A stretch of DNA of 64,000 nt from Octopus vulgaris. Its lineage: Eukaryota. Positions 49,400-61,005 of the stretch are shown piece by piece. Numbering within the stretch: the first letter of the stretch is position 1; every line of letters starts with the position of its first letter. The translations under genes were made by a program, and so were the position numbers. The stretch covers positions 161,572,001 to 161,636,000 of the forward strand of contig OX597814.1 in assembly GCA_951406725.2 (NCBI GenBank). Reading direction: 5' to 3'. The notes under the pieces were generated by a model. That model was not told the DNA's origin. It saw nothing but the letters and a program-made list of their open reading frames with translations, and made no database searches.

Positions 49400-51290
49400 A
49401 TGCACATTATGCTTCCATAACGTCAGTTTCACCATGCTTGCATTGAAGGACAGGGTTTTCTCAAGCACTGCTTATCACCAATCATCTTGATCTTTAGTCA
49501 TTTCCTGTGAGGTTCAACATCCTAAGATCAGTTTTCATCACTTCATGCCATTCTTCTTGGGCTTCCATTGTCCACAGTTTTCATCCACTATGAGTGATCA
49601 ACATTTTTTTTGTATAGCTTTCCTCAACCATGTACATCACATGCCCATATTAACAGTCTTCTTCCTTGTATTAGGTCATCCCATAAGTTCTGTCCAAATT
49701 TTGAATAAAGAAAACAAGTGATCAAATGTTATATTTAATTGAAATTTAATCATCAATGTACTTTCCCTAATTATCAATGACTTCCTTCCATCTATTTACT
49801 AGCTTTTTAATCCCATCAATGTAAAACTCTTGGTTTCAAAGCCCAGGACTCTGAAATGTTAGTTTCAACCTCCTCCTGGCTTGCGTTATGTCCCCCAAAT
49901 GATTCTGTAAACCACGAAACAAATGGTAGTCTGAAGGAGCAAGGTTGGGAGAATAATGTGGATGAGGAATTTTTTCCCAACCAAGCTCTTCGAACTTCTG
50001 TGATGTGATCTTTGCAATGTGGGAACGCACATTGTCCTGATGAAACATCACTCCCTTTCAATTCACTAAAGCAGGTCTTTTTTTCTTCAAAGCTTGGTTC
50101 AAATGCTCTAATTGCTGACAGTAGACTTGAGCATTGATTGTTGCATTAGGTGGTAACAATTCAAAGTCAATTACTCCTTTGCAATCCCACCAGATAGAGA
50201 GAAGAACCATTTTTCCCATGAAGTTCACTTCTTGGTTGTGATTGAGCTTTTTCCCTTTTACCAAGCTACTGTTTACAGCATTTAACATTTCGATAGAAGA
50301 TCCATTTTTTTATCAACAGTCACAAGTCTATCCAAAAAAGGTAAAATGAGTTCATGAGAATGGAGAGAAGAGCAGATGTCAACTCGGGATTTGTGGTTGC
50401 TTCTGGACAATTCGTGAGGTACCCATTTTCCAAGTTTAGGAACCTTTCCAAGTTGTTGAAGATGACGATAAACAGTTGTATGGTCTGAACTAAGCTTTTT
50501 CGTCAATTCTTCAACTGATAATGCAGGATTTTCTTCAAGTAATGCCTCAAGGAGCTTATCATCAAACTAAACTGGATGTCCTGTTCAATCTTCATCTTCA
50601 AGGCTGAAATCTCCACTTCTGAATTTTGCAAACCATCTTCTGCAAGTTTTTTCATTCAAGCATTCTTTCCTATAAACTCAGTGTATATTTCAAGTCGCTT
50701 CGGCTGCAGAGTTTCCTTTTTTGTACTCATAAAGCATTATGTGCCTCAAATGCTCTTTGGATACTTCCATGTTAGAAAGGGTTTTAATCAAAGAAATTTT
50801 AATTCTATTATTCTGTAAAATAATATTTAATTAGTTTAAATATACACAAATGGATAAAAATAATTTTTAATTCCATTAGACATTCTAAAATTCTATTAAA
50901 TTTCATTCAATTTTAAAAAAGGTAAAATTGGACAGAACTTATGGGATGACATGATACATAGTTCTGTTTTTGTCCATTTTTTTCTCTTAACACATTTCTA
51001 CTCTGTTGTTTATGCACATCTAGCAGAACATGCTTGCTTCATCTTTTTTTCTAATTTCTGCAGATCCTCTGCAATCAGTGCCCACACCTCACTACCAACT
51101 TGCATTTTGTTCATACAGAAGCATAATGCAGTCTGCCTCTCACTCTGAGAAAGAAAGTTTTTATTCCAACTTAAGTAATAGCTCCTTGAATTTTTTTCCA
51201 TCTTGTTCTTATTCTTGCTATTACACTTTCAGAACATTCTCTGCCACAGCTAATCAGGTTACATAGGAAATAGAAATTATTTAATACCTC
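49400..51290 (-). mobile_element. Decayed RTE LINE interrupted by a mariner
   Basis: RTE RT C-terminal homology on both sides of 49671-50954 (GSEVWALIAEDLQKLEK in ORF 51010-51201). Confidence 0.78.
49671..50954 (-). mobile_element. Full-length mariner (DD34D) pseudogene
   Basis: TA flanks at 49669-70 and 50955-56; TIRs GTCATCCCATAAGTTCTGTCCAA / TTGGACAGAACTTATGGGATGAC; WVPHEL, LVTVDKK, FHQDN..H and YSPNLAPSDYHLF motifs split over four frameshifted ORFs. Confidence 0.95.
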
Positions 51291-51519
51291 AAGGTATTAT
51301 CAAGGTAAATAATAGTATATGTCAACTGATAGATAAACAGGCATGATTATCTGGTTAAGAAGTTTGCTTCATGATTACATGGTTTCAGAGTTAATCTCAG
51401 CACACTGCAACTTAAACATATGATTTGTATTATAGATTCAATTGCCTAAAGTGTTGGAAATGAAATTTCTGTAAGTGGAAACTGTGTAGAAGCCCATCAA
51501 AGCCACTATTCCCATCCTG

Positions 51520-51742
51520 AGGCAGAACTGTTAGCATGCTGGGCGAAATGCGTAGCCGTATTTCATCTGCCTTTACGTTGTGAGTTCAAATTCCGCCGAG
51601 GTCGACTTTGCCTTTCATCCTTTCGGAGTCGATAAATTAAGTACAAGTTATGCACTGGGGTCGATGTAATCGACTTAATCCGTTTGTCTGTCCTTGTTTG
51701 ACCCCTCTATGTTTAGCCCTTTGTGGGCAGCAAAGAAATAAG
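51520..51742 (+). mobile_element. SINE-B
   Basis: Near-identical to 44311-44544. Confidence 0.9.
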
Positions 51743-54504
51743 ATTTGTCATCACCACATGGTGGCTAGACACCTTCAGTTGGGTATACTTTATAGCAACC
51801 TCTTGGACCAGGCTTCTGATCTGAGAGTAACTACTCCCTTTGTCTACCAGCTATGGAGGCTGTGAAGGAAATGCCATGGGCACTACTCTTCTAAAGCAAG
51901 TAAAAAGTAGGAATAGAAGTAAACTTCTAAAATGAACAGGTTTTAAATATAACCAGAATAGCAATAAAATGGCCTCAGCTAGGGTGTAGGTTATTAAAGT
52001 AATTGCTCATAGGCAATGTGCTCAAATCTGTTGGAAGCATTTCCTTACGTTCCTTGGTAGGACTCTTTACTCCATATTATCTTAGTTCTATAAACTATCT
52101 GGAATAGATACCAAAACACCAGGAAATATTACTTTGATCGTCATAAACAAGGAAAATTGATCTAATCTTCTGGCACTGTAAACCTTTTCTTGTCTCTTTT
52201 GTCTTTTATTTTGGAAATGTTTTTCTACCAGGAACTACTGCTGTCGTTGTAGCAAAATTTTCTTAACTGATCTGAATAACTGACAATTCTACTGAGAATG
52301 TGCTACAAGCAATGGTAAAAGTTAGATGGTACTTTAAAACTATGATTTCTATGAAATCATAACAACAGTTATAGTCATTTCACAACTGACAGCTTACTCA
52401 TTATACCCTTGGGTTGTTTTCATACACTACACCTTTTGACTAATAAAAACAGAAAATGGCTTTGTGCCTGCTAAAAGAAAAAAAATCAATATTATTTTTA
52501 AACCATTGTGGGTTTCCTCTGAGAAGAGAATTATTCTTTAAATATTTTTAGGAGACCAAATGCATCCTTTCTCATGCTGATATAGATGCATTCATTCATT
52601 ACCTCAATACAGATTATTTATTTCCTAACAATTTACCAGTGAAGCTTTGTTAGTTTATTAGATAACTAAGCTATTTTTCTCAGATTTAAAAGTTATTTCT
52701 CTAGCTAAAATAGAACTATTGTTAAACATCACAAGTATATAAAAGAATGACACCTCTTAATTCTATTTTGCAAGTGATCAATGCATGTAATAAATACAAC
52801 AGGAAAAAAATTATATATAAAGGAATAACTCTATCCACAGTAATCTCCAGTTATTGAATTTTCCGTTTTATACTAGTTTTTGTATTCATAGCAAGTCAAG
52901 GAGCAAAAGGGAAAATGATGAACAAAGCTTCCCATAGAGTGTCTGAATATCTAATGACCTGGAAATATTGCAATTCTTGGTGTTACATGGTTGACAGTTT
53001 ATAAGGATAGTATTAATGTGCTCATTGAAGAGTTTTGTTCTTTGTAAACTTCTCATTCAGAGCAGAAATAATTCAATCAGATTTCATTTTCAAAGTTGAA
53101 GAATCAAAACAGTCAATCAGAATATATTTCATGAATTGTTTTTCACTTTTAGCTCACATAAAACAACAGTCTCAAATAGTTTTCAAACTATTTGAATACT
53201 TATATTAAAAAGAAACTAAAAAAAAAAAAAAAAGATAAATATGCAGATAAATCTGTATCTATAAGAATATGAAAGGTTTCCTCTGCCTTGTGTGAATGTA
53301 TGTGAAAATGAATTTATTTTTCTAACAAAAAAAATCACATCATAAGGGCATAGCTAGATTTAGGAAATCGTGCTACCTAGCCTATTTATTTGTTTATTAG
53401 ATAACTAAGCTATTTTTCTCAGATTCAAAAGTTATTTCTTTAGCAAAAGTAGAACAGAAAACATCACTCTCTGATGCAGGATACCACTTAAAATGTTACA
53501 TTTTCCCCTCTTCTTCATGGCTAACATATATAACACTAAAATATTGCACTTTTGAATTGCTTACATTCAAACCATCACTGGTTCCCATGGGTCCTACTAT
53601 TTACTTTAACATGAAGTTAATAAATTGTGAAATTGTAATTGAGATGTAATTCATATTAAATCGATAATTAACACTGGATTGTGGGGGACCCAAGAGAGAT
53701 TAGCATGTAAGAACAAGATGCAAGTACAGAAGTATGAGAGCCTGTATAAAATAATTCCTTTAGCCCAAAGCATTTTTATACTTGTTAAGAACAGAGATAG
53801 TGGCAGTGCAAAATGATAATGATGATGACGGCGGCAGTAGTGGTAATAGTAGTAGTAGTACAGATGATGGTGGTAACAACAACTTTATCATAACTTATTT
53901 CTTTATCTCAATGTCTTTAATTTCTTGGAAGCAACTAGCTCAGACTATTTTAATATAATCGTCTAACTTAACTGTAATGTTCATCTTCAAAGATGCAAGT
54001 TTCCAGAACTCACTTGAAAATTTCTATATTATTGACACACACTGTTCTCAACATTCAATATTCTGCTGTAAGGTATTTTTACAAACTATATGCTTTGATA
54101 TTTTCTAGCAGTATCATTAAGAGATATAATTAGCATGCAACATTGATTAAGAATTCAGTCCATGATTGGGAGGGAACAAGTGAAAGACAAATAAAGAAAC
54201 AAAGAATCTTTTAAAAGTTGTTTGAGAACTGAAATGAAAGTGCTGGAGGTAGTGATATAGCTTGCAAGATGTAGTTGACAGTATTTGTCAACTACCTGAC
54301 ATAGCTAGCTGCTAGTATTGTGTAACCTGAGGTCAGCTCTCATCAAAAAGGCCTCTGGCATATGAAGCAGTAGCTCAAACAACAATCTAATAGTCCAAAT
54401 ATACCCAACTCATGTCCATGCCCAAATAAATACAGTTCTACTTCTTCTGATATAGAGTGTTTTATTATATGAGATTATAGAGTAATAATTAGGATATCTT
54501 CTAT

Positions 54505-54808
54505 CTTTTACTTGTTTCAGTCATTGGACTGCAGCTGTAACATGCTGGGGGCACTGCCTTGAAGTGTTTAGTCAAACAAATCAACTCCAGTGCTTATTTT
54601 TTTTTTTAAGTCTGGTACTTGTTTTATTGGTCTTTTCTGTTGATCCATTAAGTTACAAGGACATAAACAAACCAGCACTGGTTGTCACACAGTGGATAGA
54701 ACAAACACAAACACACACACACACACATACATATACATATATAATGATTTTGCTTAGGCATAGCAATACTTATAATCTATTGTTAGAACTCAATACACAC
54801 AGAAAGAA

Positions 54809-54839
<31 letters not shown>

Positions 54840-55005
54840 TACACACACGATAGGCTTTCATGCAGTTTCCATCTACCAAATTCACTCAAAAGGCACTGGT
54901 TGGCTCAGCACTGTAGTAGAAGACTTTTGTCCAAGGTGCAGGCAGTGAAACTGAGCCTAAAACCACATAATTACAAAGTGATTATTTTTAATAACACAGA
55001 TAGGC
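54505..55005 (-). mobile_element. SINE-A, diverged, expanded internal microsatellite
   Basis: Tail and head motifs as in 45071-45462. Confidence 0.8.
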
Positions 55006-55184
55006 CTGCAATATGCTGATGCATTGTCACAAACCAGTCTCTTTCTGAAAAGTCTGTCAGCACTGTTGTTCAACCCTAGGTGAGTTCTACTCAAGCAGAC
55101 CTATGATCAAAAGATATTCTAGTCATGATCATTGTTTTTATTCTGAGATGGTTTAACTGAGACAATATCATCAAATTTTTTATC

Positions 55185-55545
55185 TTTTATCTTTTACTTG
55201 TTTCAGTCATTAGACTGTGGCCATGCTGGGGCACCACCTTCATGAAAGTTTAGTCAAATGAGTCAACCCTTGTACTTATTTTTTTAAAGCCTGGTACTTA
55301 TTCTATTGGACTCTTTCACCGAACTACTAAGTTACAATGACATAAAAACACCAATGCCAGTTGTTACATGGTGGCGGGAGACAAATACAGATGTAAACAC
55401 ACACACACACACATAGGCTTTTAGTTTCTCTCTACCAAATCCAAATATTAGAGGACACTTGCCCAAGGTGCCATGCAGTGAGACTGAACCCGGAAGCATG
55501 TGGTTGGGAAGCAAGCTCCTTATCACACAGCCAAGCCTGCACTTG
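55185..55545 (-). mobile_element. SINE-A
   Basis: gtttcagtcattagactgtggccatgctggggcaccacc..cacttgcccaaggtgccatgc. Confidence 0.85.
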
Positions 55546-55551
55546 TATGTG

Positions 55552-55607
<56 letters not shown>

Positions 55608-55636
55608 TGTGTGTATATATATATATATACATACTT

Positions 55637-55672
<36 letters not shown>

Positions 55673-55728
55673 AAGTTTCTAAGGGTGATTGAAGAAAAGT
55701 GTACTGGTGGTTCTGGCTGGTTCAATAA

Positions 55729-56225
55729 TCCTGTTTGAATCCTAGTTTCTTCTCAGCAAATCACAAATGATACAAAACTGAATATTCACATCACAAGTGG
55801 CACAGAGGCCAAACCTACCAATGCAATAAAGCAAAAATACCAGAAATGAAATATCATATGGACATATAAGTAGCACAGTTTCTTATAACAGTTAGCTACA
55901 GTCTGCACAATCACTGCTACTACATTAAACTTCAAAAGAAAAAATGACATCTAGAAAACACCAATGTAATACCACTCTATTTTAAAACCAGTGTCCATTA
56001 AAAGAAAATACAAACACAAACATAGCAGTAACTTTAATAATCACCTTATTAGCATTAATGTGTATCCCTGCACATTACTGATTAGTGCCTGTTGACTTGC
56101 TAATACACCATTTCTGCCTCTACATTGAGACATTGGTAGGTTTGGCCTCTGTGCCACTTGTGATGTGAATATTCAGTTTTGTATCATTTGTGATTTGCTG
56201 AGAAGAAACTAGGATTCAAACAGGA
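55729..56225. repeat. Perfect 95-bp inverted repeat around a 307-bp spacer
   Basis: 55729-55823 is the exact reverse complement of 56131-56225. Confidence 0.92.
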
Positions 56226-56510
56226 CTACTATAATCCATGGTTTATCTGGTATTAGTAAACTAATACTATTTCTTTCTGATGGCCAAAACTAGTATCTGT
56301 GAGTGTGCTAAGTTAATTGTACAGCTGATATTCTCAACTAATGTTCTGAAACCAAGCTTTGATGTATAGTTGGAGACGTTTTTGCAGGTTGGTGAGAATA
56401 TGACTGTATTATCATCTGTATAATGAGGTTATGTGTATGATTTGAAATGTGGGAAGGAAATATTGTTATAAGCTGAAGAGAGGTAGGTCCTTGTGGTATT
56501 CCATTTGAGA
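56226..56510 (-). mobile_element. Ancient LINE RT remnant
   Basis: Reverse strand reads NGIPQG (~56490) and HYTDDNTV (~56410), degenerate RT motifs. Confidence 0.55.
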
Positions 56511-56579
56511 AAATGTGAATTCTGCATGTGTTGTAATATTCTTATATTTTACTAATGGCTTAAGTTCTGAAGCCATGCT

Positions 56580-56790
56580 CATTAGTTTCAAATTTTGGCT
56601 CAAGGGTAACAATTTAGGGTGGGGCTATGTCAATTACATTCACCCCAATATTCAACTGAAACTTATTTTACTGACCCCAAAAAAGGCAAAGTCGACCTTG
56701 GTGGAAGTTAAACTCAGAATGCAAAGAGAGACAAAATACTGCTAAGCATTTTGTCTGGTGCAGTGATGATGATTCAGCCAGCTTGCCATC
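56580..56790 (-). mobile_element. SINE-B, diverged
   Basis: aggcaaagtcgacc..aactcagaatg..aatactgctaagcattt; another copy at ~57440-57655. Confidence 0.72.
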
Positions 56791-57659
56791 TTAGCCATGC
56801 TGATCATATTCACTGCAGTACTTATTTCAATCTTGCTTTTAATTCATTAATCTCTGTTAATCAAGTTGGTAGGTCCTTTTTTATTTTGGCACAACTCTGT
56901 ACTTTGACTGATGGTGTTGGGTCAAACAAAAATAAATACAAACACTTACTTATATATACATATGACAGGATTTTGCATGCTTTCTGTCTATCAAATTCCA
57001 GTTACAACACATAAGTCAACTAAAGGATATGGTGCTAAGCAGTGGGGTTAAACCTGGAACCATCTAGTTCTTCACCTCACAACCATGTCTATGTATATTA
57101 CATAGGATTGGCATCCTGAAAGACAGTTTGCTAGTATTTTGTGTTCTCTCATTATTAGCTGGTTGGTTATCGTGACTAAATAAAAAATTTTGTTGATGCC
57201 AATATAAATGAAAGCTTAATAAGGGTGCATATGAGCTGAAGAGATGTGGGTGGGGGTGAAGTAATCATGCATGATATTGGTGTCAAATTGCATGCAGTGA
57301 GTTAGAAATAAGAATGTGTGTACTAATGACATCAAAAACAAATCTCACTAGGAAAGTTTAGGAGAGATATATTAGTCTATTGCTGCTTTGAACGTGATGA
57401 TTTTGCCAAATTTCTTAATTTTTACAGCAAGGCAGTAATATAAGTTTCAATTTTGGCACACGATCAGCAAGTTCCAGAGAAAGAATAAGTCAATTACATC
57501 GACCCCAGTGCTCGACTAATACTTCATTTTATCAACCCTGAAAGGATGAAAGGCAAATCAACCTCAGCAGAATTTGAACTCAGAATGTAATTTCACTTGA
57601 AATGCCACTAGGCATTTTACCTAGCATGCTAATGATTCTGTCAGCTCACAGCCTTTGAG

Positions 57660-58230
57660 TAGCAAAGCAGTAATATTGTCAGATAGATGAAGATAAGTGA
57701 CATATCTAAAATTGGAGGTGGTACAGTAAAGTAAAAAAAAATGAGTGAAAAATATTTCAGAGAGTCATTGACAACAAAGGGTTTTCTTTCCTTCCCCATG
57801 AAGACTGTGTGAAGTATATGTAAGAATTGAAATGCTGCAAGGTTGTAAAATATTGGCATTAAGTATAAAAGAATTGTGGAAACCAGAAAGAAAGAAATTA
57901 AGTATAATCCAATAGATACAAAGCATTAATGGGCATGAAAAGTAGAACACATTTGAACTGAGACAGCAGCTGGGTAGTAAATATATAAAAAGTATAAAAT
58001 GCAGTATCTAAGGAACTACTTGTAGAAATGTACACATACAACATGAACAGGTGATTCCTGCTGGATGATAAAGTTTCGATATAATGAGAGAACAAAAGAA
58101 GAAACGGAGATCAGATCAAATAATGTTGAACTTCGCTGATGAGATAACAAAGGATTTTATGTAGGCCAGCTCACCCTGTATGAGCATGGAAAATTATGTT
58201 AAATAATTATGATGATGATGATGATAATGA
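57660..58230 (+). mobile_element. Highly decayed RTE 3' part
   Basis: acaacaaagggttttc and tgggcatt..ccagaaagaaaga remnants; catggaaa followed by (gat)n end. Confidence 0.55.
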
Positions 58231-58327
58231 AACATAGACACAAAACATTTTAAGGATGCTGCATTGAGTTGTTTATTATTATTATATAAAACCATCCCAT
58301 CTGGTCATATAAACAATATATACACAT

Positions 58328-58705
58328 TCTTTTACTTGTTTCAGTCATTAGACTATGGCCATTCTGGAGCACTGCCTTAAAGAAATTTTAGTCAAATGAA
58401 TCAACCCCAGAGTTTAACTTTTTAAAGTCTGGTACTTATTTTATCAATCTCTTTTGTTGAACCACTAAATCACAGGGATGGGAACACACCAAAATTGGTT
58501 GTCAAGCAGTGGTGGGGGTGGAGGGACAAACAGACAAAAACACATATGACAAGCATCCTTCAGTTTCTGTCAGCCAAATCCACTCACAAGGCTTTGGTCA
58601 GCCCAAGGCTATAGTAAAAGACACTTGCCCAAGGTGCTATGCAGTGAGACTGAACCCAAAACCATGTTGTTGAGAAGCAAGTTTCTTACCACATGGCCAC
58701 ACCTG
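58328..58705 (-). mobile_element. SINE-A
   Basis: Full collinear copy. Confidence 0.85.
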
Positions 58706-58721
58706 TGTCTATTATATATGT

Positions 58722-58770
<49 letters not shown>

Positions 58771-58773
<3 letters not shown>

Positions 58774-60536
58774 TGATTTTGATTTTTCCAGTTTCAGCTC
58801 ATGAGCTGTGGCCATGCTGGGGCACCGCCATTTGGTTTGCTACATGATTTTACCTCACGAATGCTTTTTAGCAACTGCCATTTGGTGCATGAGAGAGTTC
58901 GATGCAGCTGCCCTCATCTGCACCTCCTGCCGTGAAGTTGGTTCATCCGGGACACCTGACAGGAAGAGATCCAGTCCTACTTTAAAGACATCCGCATCTA
59001 CACCATGCAGGTCCCTCAGGTTCTTCGGGAGGATATTGAAGAGCTGTGGGCCTCTGAAGCCCAGGCTATCACAGTATCTTGTCCTACATCTTGATGGCAA
59101 ATTTGGAGTCCTTGGTACCATGCAGTGGCGCCCAGTTCTGGCATTTGTGTGACTCTCGATGCCAAAGTTTGGGACAAGTCCTTCCAGGACCTTCCAGATA
59201 TATATTATGGCATATCTTTCTCGCCTACGCTCCAAGGAATAGAGTTTTAATCTCTTGAGTCTTTCCCAGTAGCTTATATGCTGCACAGAGGCTATCTTCT
59301 TTGTGTAGCTTCGTTGGATCGCCTCAAGTTCTGTGATCAACTTGACACTGGATGGTGACCATAGCTGAGAGCAATAGTCAAAGTGGCTTAGGACAAGTGT
59401 CTTCCAGAGGACCATCATGGTTTCTTGTTCTCTTGTTCTAAAGGTTCTAAGAATCCATCCGGCCAGCCGTCTACATTTCATTGCCAGTTTAGCAACATGT
59501 ACATGAAAGGTCGCGTCATCACTCATGTGAATACCCAGGTCACGCACTGATTGTGCCTCTGGGATTGCAATCCCTCCGGGTCCAGTGTATTCATTGGGTA
59601 TTGCATTCAGTTTTGCATGCTGATAGCATAAAGCTTGAAACTTTTCAGCATTGAACTGCATGCTATTCTTTTCAGCCCATTTGTATATTTTGTCCAGCTC
59701 ACATTGCAGGTGCTTAGTGTCTTCAGGGTTCTGTATTGTCTGTGAAACTTTTGTATCATCTGCATAACTTGTGATCGTGGCTCTCTGCGTGGCTGAGAGG
59801 GCCATTATGAACAGTAGTGGTCCCAAAACAGTGCCCTGTGGAACACCGCTCACTATTTGCGTGTTAATGGAAGTGGCCCCATTGGCTACTACCACCTGAC
59901 TTCTATTCTTCAGAAAGTCATGAAGCCATTCTCCCAATTTTCCAACTATGCCAAGATCACGCAGTTTGTGACATATCATTCCATGATCGACTTTATCAAA
60001 GGCCTTTGCAAAGTCGAGATATATCACTTCCACATTTGAGTGGTTGAGCAGTCGTTTCAGCACCCAGTCATAGTGTTGTAGGAGCTGAGTTAAGCAGCTT
60101 CTTCCTGGTCGGAAACCATGTTGGGTGTCAGGCAGCAAGTCATTTTCTTCAAGGAAGGTGATTAGTTTCCTTCTGACTATTCGTTCCACGACCTTGCTGA
60201 TGTGTGAGGTCAGAGAGATAGGTCTGTAGTTCTTGGCCTCCGCTCTGCTAACTCCTTTATGAATAGGGCATATTTTACCTTCCTTCAGTTTTCTTGGAAG
60301 TTTGCCAGTTGCAAGGAAGCTCTGAAAGAGAGACTGCAGTCGTCTTGCTAGGACTCTCTTACATACTTTTAGAAGGATTGCCGGGAATCCATCGGGGCCA
60401 GTAGCTGAGTTTGTTTTCATCTCATCTATAGCCTTTATTACATCGTCTTCCTTTATATTGATGTAATCAATCATTGCTGCCTCTGACCCCATATCTGCAG
60501 TGGTGAAGAAGTCAGTTGGATTGCTGATTTGGATTG

Positions 60537-60540
<4 letters not shown>
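58771..60540 (-). mobile_element. Young 5'-truncated CR1-group LINE inserted in (TA)n
   Basis: (TA)n on both sides; uninterrupted ORF; short 3' UTR ending in a stem-loop and short AAATC-type repeats; CpG-rich relative to flanks. Exact clade needs an RT phylogeny. Confidence 0.9.
58855..60492 (-). CDS. Non-LTR retrotransposon ORF2 fragment (reverse transcriptase, no endonuclease), 545 aa
   Basis: SATGPDG, NYRPISLTS, QHGFRPGRSC, YLDFAKAFDKV, GVPQGTVLGPLLF, YADD, RDLGI and LYSLERRR motifs. Frame stays open upstream to the truncation point, so the Met is internal. Confidence 0.93.
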   Translation of the reverse strand: MGSEAAMIDYINIKEDDVIKAIDEMKTNSATGPDGFPAILLKVCKRVLARRLQSLFQSFLATGKLPRKLKEGKICPIHKGVSRAEAKNYRPISLTSHISKVVERIVRRKLITFLEENDLLPDTQHGFRPGRSCLTQLLQHYDWVLKRLLNHSNVEVIYLDFAKAFDKVDHGMICHKLRDLGIVGKLGEWLHDFLKNRSQVVVANGATSINTQIVSGVPQGTVLGPLLFIMALSATQRATITSYADDTKVSQTIQNPEDTKHLQCELDKIYKWAEKNSMQFNAEKFQALCYQHAKLNAIPNEYTGPGGIAIPEAQSVRDLGIHMSDDATFHVHVAKLAMKCRRLAGWILRTFRTREQETMMVLWKTLVLSHFDYCSQLWSPSSVKLITELEAIQRSYTKKIASVQHISYWERLKRLKLYSLERRRERYAIIYIWKVLEGLVPNFGIESHTNARTGRHCMVPRTPNLPSRCRTRYCDSLGFRGPQLFNILPKNLRDLHGVDADVFKVGLDLFLSGVPDEPTSRQEVQMRAAASNSLMHQMAVAKKHS

Positions 60541-60573
<33 letters not shown>

Positions 60574-60637
60574 TATACTATAATATTTTAAAAATATTTA
60601 TAGTGGAATATTCCCCATTGTTATCTTCTTTATATTT

Positions 60638-61005
60638 TATCTTTTACTTGTTTCAATCATTGGAATTCAGCCAAGCTGGGGCACTGCCTTAAAGGGTTTT
60701 AGTTGATCAAATCACTCCCAGTACTTATCTTTTTAAGTCTGGTCTTTTTTTGCCAAACTGCTAGATTACAGGGACATAAACAAACCAACACTGGTTACTA
60801 AGTGGGTGGGCGGCACAAGAACAAAGATGTATATACATATATGATGAGTTTCCACACAAGTACCAACTACCAAATTCTTTGACAGACATTGGTCAACCTG
60901 GAGTTATAGCAAAAGACATTTGCCTAAGGTACTGCACAATGAGACTGAACTTGAATCCAATTAGTTACAAAACAAGCTTCATAACAATATAGCTATGCAT
61001 ACACC
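60638..61005 (-). mobile_element. SINE-A, diverged
   Basis: tcttttacttgtttcaatcattgg..agacatttgcctaaggtactgcac. Confidence 0.78.

Noticed and set aside
58808-59152. 114-aa plus-strand ORF
   Set aside because: Antisense shadow of the LINE RT ORF.
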